DNA of 64,000 bases from Octopus vulgaris (taxonomy: Eukaryota). The translations under genes and the position numbers were made by a program. The notes under the pieces are model-generated. The model was not told where the DNA came from, searched no databases, and saw only the letters and a list, made by a program, of their open reading frames with translations. Location of the stretch: NCBI GenBank assembly GCA_951406725.2, contig OX597823.1:78740001-78804000 (forward strand). The letters are read 5' to 3'. Every line of letters begins with the position of its first letter. Position 1 is the stretch's first letter. This document shows positions 28,506-41,414 of this stretch, piece after piece.

Positions 28506-28506
28506 A
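28125..28506. repeat. (CTA)/(CTG)/(CAA) triplet array
   Basis: Read directly. Confidence 0.95.
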
Positions 28507-30130
28507 CCGGTTGATAAAGTAAATACCACTGGGATTGATGCAATTAATCGACTTGCCGCTTTTACTCACCCTTAAAGATGCAGGCCTTTGTGCAAAAAGC
28601 TGAACCATCATCATCATCATCATCATCTACTGATAATCTCTTCAGACGTGTTTTTATGAGTGGCTCCTCGAACTGAAGAATTATACTGCGTACAATCATG
28701 TAAGTTTTAACGTTATTTGTACACAAAATAGATCAAAAAGTTTATCTATGAAGTGTTTAAACAATAAGGCGTCCTGTTTCTTTTCAAAATATCTGTTATC
28801 TAGTGAAAACATCCTGTAAACATACAGCCAAAGGAAGAAATGTTTCTTAAACACTCCGCAAAGGGAAATTAAGCTTTCAACAAACGGACATCTGCGAGCG
28901 ACAAAGTAAACGAAAACAGTTTTTATTGTCAAAACAAAACGTAGCAGAACGCTCAAAAATATTAGTATAACGGAATATCAAAAGCGAGTTCATTTGAAGT
29001 AACAGTAGATGCACACACACGAGCGCGCGTGCATATGTACATAGTTATTTGGTACACTTCTTGTCTATATTTTCTAGTGTTGCTAGCAACACAACAGGTC
29101 ACCAACAGACATCCCACGTACACTGCAAAGATGGCACCCTTCATCTCTTTATCAGCTCATCTAAGAGAACGTATCTCCATATAAATCTTATATCCTGATA
29201 ATGAGTAGGAGCGCGTCACTAGTTGTAGCAGACGATACAAGATTGACGGACGGAAGGGTGTGATTAGCTCTGCACAAACCATGCCCACTATTATAACATC
29301 CAGCGTGCAGATTGATAGCAAACCAAACCATCGATGATGCTGTTAGACAGGAAGACCTTATTGCTGCACGTGCGATAACATCAATCACTTAACATCCTTC
29401 TGTCCACAAAGATAGCAACAACAGGTTATCGTCAATTTTAACCAACTTTCTTGAAGCATCACTTTTTATGTATCCCTAACGCATCACTCTTACCCCCAAA
29501 TTTCACTGATTTCATTGTGTAACGTGGGTCGTTTCGCTTTCTAATAAGCGACAATTTGTCAGAAGGCTTTTGTACGGTTCTGTACTTGCAAAGACCTAGT
29601 TAAAAACGATTGTAAATGTAGTAATAATATACATAGAATCCTTATTGATATCACTCTATTAAATTTATACAATTATAACTAGTAACAGTATTGGTATCGT
29701 TCACTTGCCCCTGTGGGGTGGATACAGCTGATAATCAGATCGAACTTCTGAAGATCAATGTCTTTAAGGAAAGACAAAATTAGAGACGGTATTCTTATGT
29801 TATTTTTAACTTCGACAAAGATGAAACTGTAAAACGTTTTGTGCGGAATCTGAGGGAACATAACATTAAAATATATCTTTGAATCTTTGAATACAGAATA
29901 AATTTTATGGAGGACACAGCGACTCAACTGATAATGAGACGTGATTAAATAACTATGTCACTTGTCATTAACTTAGTTATTAACTAAAAGTAGTATGATA
30001 GCGCCGTTTTTTTGAGGTTCTTGTTTTACAACCAAGGTCGGCTACGAGCAACAGACTTTATGATCAAGGTTTTATTCCAACTACAATCAACCTCTGTTAT
30101 TCATTTAAGATGAAAGGATATTATATTGCC

Positions 30131-30220
30131 TATAATATAATATAATATAATATAATATAATATAATATAATATAATGTAATATAATATGATATAATATGA
30201 TATAATATAATATAATATAA
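30131..30220. repeat. (TATAA)n pentanucleotide array
   Basis: Read directly. Confidence 0.9.
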
Positions 30221-31216
30221 CTGATGGTGTGTTTATCTTTATTAACATTTAGTGTAATCTGTTTTAGATTTTTTAAGTAAGCAGTATTTTATCTTCTTCA
30301 GTAAATCTAATATGGGTGTTTTTAATGATGTGTATGTTGCCGTTGTTAAGTAAACTTCAGAGGAAATGAATAGGTAGAAGAAACGAGAATTCTGCTATAA
30401 AGTGGTTCGGTGAAAATAATAAAACCGGAAAGACTTGATAGAATTGTGACCAAAATAGATTTAGTGATGATCAATGAGAAAATATTGAAACTTACAACGG
30501 ATGTAGCCTGAAATCAAGCGAGAATCTTAAGCATTGATAACATCGTGTATGAATATATGAGAATTAAATGAGCAACAGTGACCAATGATTCGTAAAGACT
30601 TGGGTAAACTCAAATTGTAGTAATTAGAAGTAAAATAAGAAGAGAGCGAAAGAGAGAAATACAGACAGAATAAGAAAGAAAAAGAGAGTGATTCAGATAA
30701 GCAGATACAAAATGAGAGGGAGGACGAGAGAAAAGCGAAGAATAAAATCAGCTTTTTAGACTTGTTATCTTCAAATACCAAACAGGTAAACGCTTATAAA
30801 AATTAATCAGCTGTTAATATGGTGATAAGATGCTATCATCAAATATATGTGTATATCTGAGGTTATCATATTCTAAGACAATAAAATCTGAGGATTCTGA
30901 AGATGGTTTACGTCAGCAAGAATTAATACAAATAGTTAACATTAGATTATGTTTTATACCGTGAGAAAGAAGGAGGAGTCTGACATTTTGTGAAGATCCA
31001 TGTACTGGAGAGAGAGATAAAAGCAAAATCATTTCTGTATAGTCACTCTCCTACAAATATTTTTGGCCGAACCACGAAAATTATCTTCGTAACGGCAAAC
31101 AGTTTATTCTTCTGTTTCAATTCTTTGAGGACACTATGGGAACGTAACCAGTAAACCAAAAGACATATAGATTAGAAATTTTCAAGCACTTATTCCTAAA
31201 TTGCTAAAATACTTTT

Positions 31217-31572
31217 AGGCGCAGGAGTGGCTGTCTAGTAAGTAGCTTGCTTACCAACCACATGGTTCCTGGTTCATTCCCGTGACACTGTGGGCAAGTG
31301 TCTTCTATTATAGCCTCGGGCCGACCAAAGCCTTGTGAGTGGATTTGGTAGACGGAAACTGAAAGAATCCCGTGTGACCACGTGTGTACCATTGGCGATT
31401 TCTTTCCTCTGTCTTCCCTTCTAGATCTTTCCTTCTCCTATGTTTCCGACGAAGCGCTCCACTCGAAACGTTAAATCCTCCTTCTTTCCTTCTTTCCTGA
31501 GCGTCCAATAATACTATATTTGTTCCACGTCCTCGCGTTGTTGTGTTTTTTTTTGTGTTTTCTTGTTTGGAT

Positions 31573-31615
<43 letters not shown>

Positions 31616-31697
31616 TTTATAAATAAAGCATATTACTCTACCACTGGTATTTGAGTACTCTTTTTTCTACCTTGTTTCACATTTATGTGTTTACTCC

Positions 31698-31738
<41 letters not shown>

Positions 31739-31940
31739 GTGTGTATATGTTTGTATCTGTGTTTGTCTCCCCAACAGCGTTTGACAACCGATGCTGGTGA
31801 GTTTACGTCCCCGTAACTTAGCGGTTCGGCAAAAGAGACCGATAGAATAAGTACTAGGTTTACAAAGGATAAGTCCTGGGGTCGATTTGCTCGACCAAGG
31901 GCGGTGCTCCAGCATGGCCGCAGTCAAATGACTGAAGCAA

Positions 31941-31948
<8 letters not shown>
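31217..31948 (+). mobile_element. SINE family C split by insertions in its internal microsatellite
   Basis: Head 31217-31373 and tail about 31740-31948 flank unrelated sequence. Confidence 0.85.
31374..31578 (+). mobile_element. About 200-bp element with minimal hammerhead motif
   Basis: gttt-CCGACGA-agcgctccactc-GAAACGTTA at 31442-31473; reverse-complement copy at 39901-40097; ends in (TA)n. Confidence 0.7.
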
Positions 31949-32012
<64 letters not shown>

Positions 32013-32211
32013 CTAGGCTTATTCAATTCCGTACAGTAATTCAATGGTCAATTTTGCCTTTCATCTTTCTAATTTCGTGAAAATTATCAACAATGCATAG
32101 TGTACATTCAAACTCTGAAGACATTCCAAAATCTATTCTTGTTATCAATGTTCTTTTTACGCAAGCAATTACTTTTTCTCCTTTTGCTGTCATCGCTACT
32201 GCTTCTGTTTC

Positions 32212-32626
32212 TAGGCGCAGGTGTGGCTGTGTGGTAAGTAGCTTGCTTACTAACCACATGGTTTCGGGTTCATTCCCACTGCGTGGTACCTTGGTCAAGT
32301 GTCTTCTACTATAGCCTCGGGCCGACCAAAGCCTTGTGAGTGGATTTGGCAGACGGAAACTGAAAGAAGCTCGTCGTATATATGTATATATATATATATG
32401 TGTGTGTGTGTGTTTGTGTGTCTGTGTTTGTTCCTCCAACATCGCTTGACAACCGATGGTAGTGTGTTTACGTTCACGTAACTTAGCGGTTCGGCATAAG
32501 AGAGCGATAGAATAAGTATTACAAAAAATAAATCCTGGGGTCGATTTGCTCCACTAAAAAGGCGGTGCTCCAGCATGACCGCAGTCAAATGACTGAAACA
32601 CTTAAAAGAGTAAAAGAATAAAAGAG
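32212..32626 (+). mobile_element. SINE family C
   Basis: aggcgcaggtgtggctgtgtggtaag head through aaaagag tail. Confidence 0.9.
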
Positions 32627-33108
32627 TGTTGCTTAATCACATGTTAATCGCTATCGACTAGATCCCTAATCAAATACAATCAAGCTTTTTACTTCAGGAC
32701 AGCGTTATTCTAACTTTAATTAAAATCTTAAGAGTATAATTTGAGGAAAATTTTATTCCTATTTCCACCCGGAAACTTTAATTTTCTTAAGTACAGCTTT
32801 TATGTGTTCCACATGCTGTTCACGAGAATTACCCTTGATCAAAATATCGTCCAAGTACGAGATCGTAAATTCACAATCAGATAATATAGTATCCATGATT
32901 TACTGGAATATTGCTCGTGCTTCTTTTAATCCAAAAGATAATCGTGTGTATCCGTACAATCCTCAGTGTGTATTTGAGCATTTTTCATTTACTTTTATCA
33001 GTAAATAGGTGTCAGACAGATCTAATTTGGAAAAAAAAAATTCCTCCATTCAACTTTGAAAAATATCCTCTGTTGTCGGGAGTGGATAGTGGTATATTTT
33101 TAGGCATA

Positions 33109-33345
33109 GGGCGGCGAGCTGGCAGAAACGTTAGCACGCCAGGCGAAATGCGTAGCCGTATTTCGTCTGCCGTTGCGTTCTGAGTTCAAATTCCGCCGGC
33201 GTCGACTTTGTCTTTCATCCTTTCGGGGTCGATAAATTAAGTACCAGTTACGCACTGGGGTCGATGTAATCGACTTAATCCGTGTCTGTCTTTGTTTGTC
33301 CCTTCTATGTTTAGCCCCTTGTGGGTAGTAAAGAAATAGGTATAT
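33109..33345 (+). mobile_element. SINE family B
   Basis: Matches 23579-23820. Confidence 0.9.
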
Positions 33346-34635
33346 TTTTAAGCAGTCGTTCAATCTTGTAGAAAAATCGGCACACAATCCAATCTTATCA
33401 TTTCTTTTAATACATAACGTGGGTGCTGCCCACTTCGAGTAATCCACCTTTTTGATGACCCCACTCTTTTCGAGTCTATCCAACTCTTCATTTACTGTTT
33501 CAATTGTCGCGAACGATACTTTCTGTTTGCTTTAAATACAGATGCAGCGTTTTCATTTGCTTGGAAATAGGCCTCCGTCTTTCTATATAGACCCAAATCC
33601 TCTGATAACACTTGCGGGAACATTTTTGCTTCAATTTTTTCTTCAGTTCTTCCGAAGACTTGTTTTTAACGGGACAATCATTTATGTTATTGCAGTAATG
33701 ATTTATGGGGAGGTGCCACAAATCGAATACTTTTAACCAATCTGTGCCAAACAGATTGATTATATTATCCACAACGAATAATTTTACTGCGGGTGTCTAT
33801 TCTCGAAATGTGACGTTGTTACATGTTTTGCCCATGAAATGAAATTTATCGACCGTTACACCACGTGCTAATTTCGCTGCTTTACGTAGTCTAGGTTTAC
33901 CAATTCTTTTCCAAGCATCCGCATTTATGATCGAGATGTTACTACCTGTGTCTAAATGTAATTTGGTATTCACATAATTTATTTTTACGTGCACGAATTT
34001 TCTTGTTTTTCAGTCACGATCACTCTCCGCTGGAAACACCTTAGAACTTTTTGTGTTTGAGCATCGTAGTCTTGTTCTACAATAAGAACTCCTGTGCCCC
34101 AGCTTCTGACAACTATAGCACTTTTTGTTTTTAAACGGACAATCCTTTTTGTAGTGTAGGCCTCTACAACCATAACACGGATTGAGGCCTGACACTTTTT
34201 TTTATTGTGCTTCCCGGGACGACACATTTGAATTTTTGCAGAGTCTTAATCTTCTTTTTCTTTTTCTCTTTTTTTTTCACATCATCTTTAAGATTTACCA
34301 TAGTCTGACATTCTTCTGCGATGCTCTGTAGAGATAAATCCTGATTCGCTTGGTCCATTTTCGAGAGAAACCTTGCCCGAATTTCTCTATCTTCAGGTGC
34401 ACGAAAATAAGGGATTTGAACATATCCTGAGTGAGAGCCTGGAGTTTGAAATTTTCGTACATATGGTTGACTACCTCGGCGTAAGTGATAAAATCCTCTT
34501 CCGTACTTTTTGTTAAGTTCCAATACCTCATTTTGGTGTTGAATAATGAACGTCTACCACAAAAAGTTTAGAAAACAGTTCCACGATTTCTTGGAAACCA
34601 CTCTCACTCGACTTTTTTGGTAGAATAAAGTTAAG
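33346..34635 (-). pseudogene. Gypsy/Ty3 gag-protease-RT remnant
   Basis: Tandem zinc knuckles CYGCRGLHYKKDC / CYSCQKLGHRSSYC, protease LDTGS, RT start WAAP..CADFS; many frameshifts. Confidence 0.85.
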
Positions 34636-35062
34636 ACGAACTGTGGACTTTGATCTATCAACACGGGAACTGTGGATCTAGTACGAACTATCTCACTTAC
34701 TCAGGCCGTTACTATTTATATGTAGTGATCCACTCTATACTTGCCAGAGGCGTTGTACTCTTGCACTTTACACACATACTAACACACATATACATGTACC
34801 CATGTGCCAGTACATGCGCATATATACATATATGCAGAGGTATATGCCCATATATAAACACACAGGCACACACACAGATATACACACGTATGCAACCATA
34901 CATATATATGTGTATAGAGATGGACACAGGTGCATGGGAACATGTTTCTGTGCATGCATACATACATACATACATACATACATACATACATACATACATA
35001 CACACATACATACATACATACATACATACATACATCCATAAATTCATACATACATACATACA

Positions 35063-35094
<32 letters not shown>

Positions 35095-35847
35095 CATATT
35101 CTCGTATAGTCATGGAAACTAAGTAGGGTGGAAGGTTTAGTGATGAGGACCAGAAGTGGCAAATGCATAAATGTCAGATAGGCTCATTCTGTTTTTGACC
35201 ACCAATATAGTCTAGGGTTATTAGATAACCAGAAAAGGGGTGTTAGAGGATAGTAAAAATTGTTTTAAAAGATAATGAAGAAGCCTTCAGAGGATAACCC
35301 TTACAATAGAGAATGTGATAAGTCAAGCGGTGGGTGAAATTTAAGGTTCAACTGGTTATAATGGTGTTCGGTATGGACGCAAATAACATTAACAGAATAA
35401 ATTTTGAAACATTTGTGAAAATGTATGTTTATTGGGAATACATAAATAAAATTATCACCGGATTCTAGCAGAGTGAATTATAAGGTCTAAGGACGAAATA
35501 GACATAGTAATAATGAACAATACATGTCATAATTAATGATAGAATAAAGAAATCTAGTTCAGGAATTTCAAGAGAAGGATAAGTCGATTGCCTCAAATCC
35601 CAGAGATCTAGTGGTTCTTATTTTATCGACCCCGAAAGGATGAAAGGCATGACTGAGGATCTCTTCTGGTGAAAACACAACCTTAACATATCTAGGAATG
35701 AATCCAACAGCAGAGGCTGGCTTTCGTCAGCGCAAAACAATATATCAGTATCCAATAATTACTGATTCTTTACAAAACTCGCTCCTATATATACATAGAG
35801 AGAGCGAGAGAGAGAGAGAGAGAGAGAGAGAAAGTGAAAGAGAGACT

Positions 35848-35878
<31 letters not shown>

Positions 35879-35902
35879 GCATGTATGTATATATAATATG
35901 CA

Positions 35903-36110
35903 GAAGCGTATGGCGTAGTGGTTAGGGTATTGGATTCAAGTTTGTGAGATTAGGATTTCGATAACTGGACCGGGCAATGCGTTGTTTTCTTGAGCAAAAC
36001 ACTTCATTTCAATTTTGCTCCTGTTCCCTCAGCTGGCAAAAACGATAAATCCTATGACGTCCCGTCCAAAGAGGAATATATACGCTGGCCATATGAGTCT
36101 ACATGGCTGA
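35903..36110 (+). mobile_element. Old tRNA-derived SINE
   Basis: tggcgtagtggttaggg A-box and cttgagcaaaacactt CORE-like block. Confidence 0.55.
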
Positions 36111-36199
36111 CGATAAAGGTGCTGCTGTTATTCATGCATAAAGACGTTCAAACAAGGACTACACGACTCATTTATATCGGGTCACGAAGGACACGCTCC

Positions 36200-36480
36200 A
36201 ACATCTAGTACGCAGACATGTTGTCTCGTCTCTCTGTTCTTTTCTATTGCCGTTATAATGGCCTCCGTTCTTCAGAACTGGCAGAGTTGCGCCTCCTCCA
36301 TTCAGACACCCCGACCCATTCGTCTTTCCATCTCTCGTTACTCTTATGCTGAACCGTAATTCAGTTCTCGTATTAATACTATTTCTATGACTTTTTTTAT
36401 TCCCAGGACATCAGCACTCTGGAAAATTCGCTTGCTTGTATCTTTCTTGTAGGTGTTCTACTGGAAAAAGTTTAAGTGAA
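36200..36480 (-). mobile_element. RTE-like LINE 3' fragment
   Basis: Minus strand gives an RWKDEWVG-type RTE C-terminal tail; heavily degraded. Confidence 0.4.
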
Positions 36481-37248
36481 CTATTAACGGCATCAAACTC
36501 ACTAGTCTCAGAGTTTCTGCAAACATCATTAGCACAGCCCTTTCCTTAGTCAGTAAAGAAACAGAAAAATTAAGTTATCCCGTTGGATCGCCTCAGATAA
36601 TTTTCCAACTGAAAGACGAACATCGACATTCGTACTTTTTACCATAACATTAAAATAAGAAGTGAAGCATAGAAGTTGGTAATGTCTAAATGTGAATTAA
36701 GAGGGTGTAAAGAGTAAAAAAGAAAAAAAAAGAAACGGTAGATGCGTTAAATATGCTTTCAACGAAGGCTATTTCTAAAAACAAATTCTTCGGTTGTTTT
36801 AGCAGGATTCCCAAAATACACAAGCTGTCCAATGAAACACTATATTTTAACAAAATGCTGCGAATGTGACTGAATACCAATTTTCTGCTTTTTTCTTGAA
36901 TGCCATTTACATTAACCAAATTATTGAGGTGTATTTTATAAGGAATTTGCAAAACAATGAAGGTAGAGATAATATATATATTTCTAGAAATAAATGCAAA
37001 TTGTAAAATATTCAAATTATGAAAGCTAGTATGAAGAAGTAAGTCGAAACTGAAAACTTGTGATGACCTACACATCGACTGATATATGCTCTATTTTGCA
37101 CATGGTTCTTTCAAAATTAATGTCATTCGCTTCAGAAGAACAACATTACAGATAGATAAAGAACAATCTTTACGTGTGTATGTATGTATGTGTGTATGTA
37201 TGTATGTATGTATGTATGTATGTATGCATTTGTGTATGGGTGTGTGTG

Positions 37249-37280
<32 letters not shown>

Positions 37281-37321
37281 TGTATGAATGTATGTATATA
37301 TATATATATAGAGAGAGAGAG

Positions 37322-37360
<39 letters not shown>

Positions 37361-37362
<2 letters not shown>

Positions 37363-37858
37363 TAATATTATATTATAAAATAAGAGCAGGAAAATTGCAT
37401 TAAAGAATCATCACAGAAGATATACATCCAAAATAATATTGTATAAATAAATAGATGTATAAATGTATGATTATTTAAAAAGATTAAAAGTTAAAAATAT
37501 CTTACGATCGTTTCATGAAAGTACTACCCTTAGAAATGGAATCTAAAATTGATAATCATTACTAGGTTATACATCGAGTCGTCAGAGAAAAGGAGGGTGA
37601 ATTTCCGTGCAGTCAATCGAATGATATCTAAAAATATATGAAAAAGATGTTGTTTAAAAGTTACTGGCGCAGATATGCGTTGTTACAATCTTGCGCTAAA
37701 AATTTTGAAGAAATAACATACATCCGTGGTAAAATCCTTTGCGGTAATCCATATTGGCTGTGTGTAATATAAATCTCATAATTCTGTTCTCTTCAATGTG
37801 TGATCCATAAATGCAGAGAATAAAAGAACTTTTATTTTCTGAATTTATGGATAACACA
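37361..37858 (-). mobile_element. Penelope-like short element with hammerhead motif
   Basis: Minus strand tct-CTGACGA..(long insert)..GAAA-cgatcg-TA-aga at 37499-37588; flanked by (GATA)n and (TA)n. Confidence 0.55.
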
Positions 37859-37869
37859 TACATACAAAC

Positions 37870-37976
<107 letters not shown>

Positions 37977-38086
37977 ATATTGGCCTGCTCGCTTAGCCAG
38001 CGGGGTGGCGTCATTCGAAGGCTAAAACAATTCGAACGCATTGTGACCAGCGATGTGTAACAACATCTGATGGTCTGGTCGGTCAT

Positions 38087-38137
<51 letters not shown>

Positions 38138-38234
38138 AATGTTGGTGCAAACAGGAAGCATAGAACTAAAAATATGAACATAGGTGACTCAAGGTCCAAG
38201 AGTTTTGTGCGTTGGCATATATATATATGCTCGT

Positions 38235-38772
38235 CAAATCTGAGGACTTGCCGTGTCCACAAAACTTGTACTGAGAGTGATAAAAATCAAGCATCCAGTC
38301 AACACGGAGGCCTACATCAAATGCCACACTCAAGAGAGTGGGTGCTAGAAGAGCATATGTCTGGCAACAGGACTCTGCACCATGCCACACAAGCAGGAGA
38401 ATCCAGTCGTAGCTGCGACCACACCAACCCTAATATCTGGCTACCTAACTTCCAAGACTGCCACCCCCTTCGTTATTATGTGTGGAGCACTGTTGAACGA
38501 GAGACCAATAAAACTTCTTGTAACACAAAATATGAATTGAAGGCAAGGATTATGACAGCATTCACCAACTTAAACAAGGAGACCGCCGAGAAGAGTTGCA
38601 GGAGATTCCGAAGTCGTCTGGAGGCCGTGGTTGAAGCCAATGGCGATTTTATTGGATAAATTTATTCTTTAGTATTTCAAGATACTTTTATGTAGTTTTG
38701 GTAAGAATATCTTTTAAAACGAAATGTCATTATTGTCATTTTTGCGTAATTTAGACGTAAGTTTGTTCACTG
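38235..38772 (+). mobile_element. maT/DD37D-like transposase 3' remnant
   Basis: WQQDSAPCHT, W.PN..D..PL.YYVW and RFRSRLEAVVEANG motifs. Confidence 0.75.
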
Positions 38773-38877
38773 ATCTCTGTATATACATACAAGTGTGCAT
38801 ATGTATTTCTTGGTCATACACATGGAGAGATACGTATTCATACATACATCTATGTATATATACCTGCACATATATGT

Positions 38878-39410
38878 CAGGTCACTTTCGAGTGCTACTG
38901 GTAACATGTAACCCAGTACAACCTGTTATATGGTCGGGTCGTCGGCGACTAAACCGGCAACCCCACCAAGCTTTATTGGACACCCTGCGGGATGAAAAAC
39001 AAAACCCGTCAAAGGGCGGAGGAACTCTTGAGAGTCAACGGCCATCCGATAAATGTCTTAAGGCTGTATCATGTGCGGGGACATAGAAATAATCGGACTG
39101 AATACCCGATCGCGCGGTTAAACCGTTGGGAGTGAAGGACTCCTAGCCTTTGTTAGGGCATCCTTCTAGGAAAAGGTAACTCAGGTAACTGGGATAACTC
39201 CGACATAAAACCTGCGGCTCAGTGGTTACCGATGATGTTGACTTGTTCTTCTTTTCGGATTATGGCTGCTGTTGCTTAGTGAGTGGGATTGACTCAGTGC
39301 ACAGCCTTTCCTCACTTAAAAAATATCTTCTTGCACAGGCATTGCATGATAACAACATTGATTAAGCTTCGTGCAATGGCCATACTCGATAACGAGGGGG
39401 CAGCCACCAC
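38878..39410 (+). mobile_element. Short RTE-derived non-coding element (5'UTR-like plus 3'-end-like)
   Basis: GC-richer island; gggcatccttctaggaaaaggtaactc resembles RTE 5'UTR motifs and the end resembles RTE 3' termini (recall-based). Confidence 0.45.
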
Positions 39411-39419
39411 GTATATGAA

Positions 39420-39501
<82 letters not shown>

Positions 39502-39840
39502 AATATCTACTTAGCTACCTCTACATGTATGCATACATTCATACGTAGATATAGACTTTTGTGAGTGAACAGCGAAAGAAAGTTGCCCTCAGCACATTTG
39601 CTTGGACTTATATGCATTGGAGGTGTTCGAATCAGCTCTACATTATTAAAGTTTCGTGGGCGTAGGAAATATCCTTCTCGCTAGATTTCGTGCAGTTGAC
39701 GAGATGAAATTGTCCTGCTCCCATGAAATCTAAATGATGTAAAACTGAGCGAAACTTATTAAATATATAGGCGTATTTGTGTTTATGTATATGTATATAT
39801 TATATATACACCCATATATATAATATATAATACCCGCCTC

Positions 39841-39890
<50 letters not shown>

Positions 39891-39900
39891 ATATATATAT

Positions 39901-40097
39901 AGTTAATCCAAACAAGAAAGCACAAAAAGACACAACATCGCGAGGACGTGGAACAAATATAGTATTATTGGACGCTCAGGAAAGAAGGAAAGAAGGAGGG
40001 CTTAGCGTTTCGAGCGGAGCTCTTCGTCAGAAACATAGGAGAAGGAAAGATCCAGAGAAGGCAAGACAGAGGAAAAAAATCGCCAACGGTACACACG
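39901..40097 (-). mobile_element. Second copy of 200-bp minimal-hammerhead element
   Basis: Minus strand ttt-CTGACGA-a-gagc-tcc-gctc-GAAACGCTA at about 40002-40034; abuts (TA)n. Confidence 0.75.
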
Positions 40098-40596
40098 TAT
40101 ACTCACAAATACATATAAACACACGTATACTCACAAATACATACAAACACAGGCAAATATTTACATCGACGTAAGCGTACATATACACAAAATAAGTAAA
40201 AACATATTACTACATCGATGTGAACATATTTTATTTGCGAGGCATCATTATTTCGAAAAAAAAAAAAACCTCGGTCTATGAATAGCAATAATGAAAAAGA
40301 CACTAGATGTTAAATATACAAAAGGTTGCTACATGAACATCGCAACTGTCTAATCATCTATTATTTGTCTTAGCTGGATGTCGCTCCACTGAGATAATGA
40401 AGCATATGTTATTCATGTAATTTAGTTGAGGGCACCGAAACAAGTGGAAAATAATACACAACGATCCATAATTTTGCAACGACTCATTTCATTGAATTTT
40501 GTGTAACTTTGTTTTATAGGATATTTAAGTAGATAAGCATATATACTACTATTTGACGAGCTAGATTTGATGATACGTGCATTCATGCGTATGTGT

Positions 40597-40634
<38 letters not shown>

Positions 40635-40845
40635 GTGTGTGTGTAAGAGTATGAGGGATTTAGTTCACTGGTGATCTAAACGAATGGATACTCTGTGTAA
40701 GTGTTATAACTGGTCATCCGTTAGGTTCCAAGTTAACAGCTTAGTCTGGAGCTAGGGATCCGTAGTATCTCAAGTCATTTAGAATTACTTGAGATGCTTA
40801 TGATACTTGTCCTGCCTTGGTTTTTGTTGTCCTTTCCCTCTAATA

Positions 40846-41408
40846 TATTGGGTTGTCCGAAAAGTTCGTGCCGATTTTTAAAGGAAAGAAAAAGGTCAAT
40901 AAATACTTGCCATTACATTTTTAAACAACCAAATATAAATCATTTTGTGGCACAATGTGTCTTGTTAACTTGAAAATACCTTCTTCCCAGAATTGAGGTG
41001 GTTTCATGGCAAACAATTCATCAAGGTATCTTTTTACGTCATCCAAGGAATTGAAATTTTTAGCATTAAGACTATTCTGCAGAGACCTGAATAAGTGGAA
41101 ATCCGAAGGAGCAATATCTGGTGAATATGGAGGGTGGGATAACACATCCCAGTCGAGCTGCAGCAATTTTTGTCCGCTTCCCAAAGCATCAAGTCCCGAA
41201 AATGAACTTTCTTATCTTCCATTTTAAAGGGTTACAGAATTAACACAGGTTATAGGAACATAAATCTTCTTCCACGAAAAGATAGCTTAAACTGTGCTTT
41301 AAATGGAGGTGTAGTCAAATCCTATTTTATGGACTCAACCATATTTTAAAATAAGTCGAAAGGTAAGCTGCTATAAATCGGCATGAACTTTCTGGACAAC
41401 CCAAAGTA
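40846..41408 (-). mobile_element. Internally deleted mariner
   Basis: TIRs ttgggttgtccgaaaagttcgtgccgattt / aaatcggcatgaactttctggacaacccaa; MEDKKVHFR start joined to HPPYSPDIAPSDFHLF. Confidence 0.92.
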
Positions 41409-41414
41409 TATATA

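Noticed and set aside
25490-34635. Two Gypsy fragments as one intact element
   Set aside because: Opposite strands, 7 kb apart, and no paired LTRs seen.
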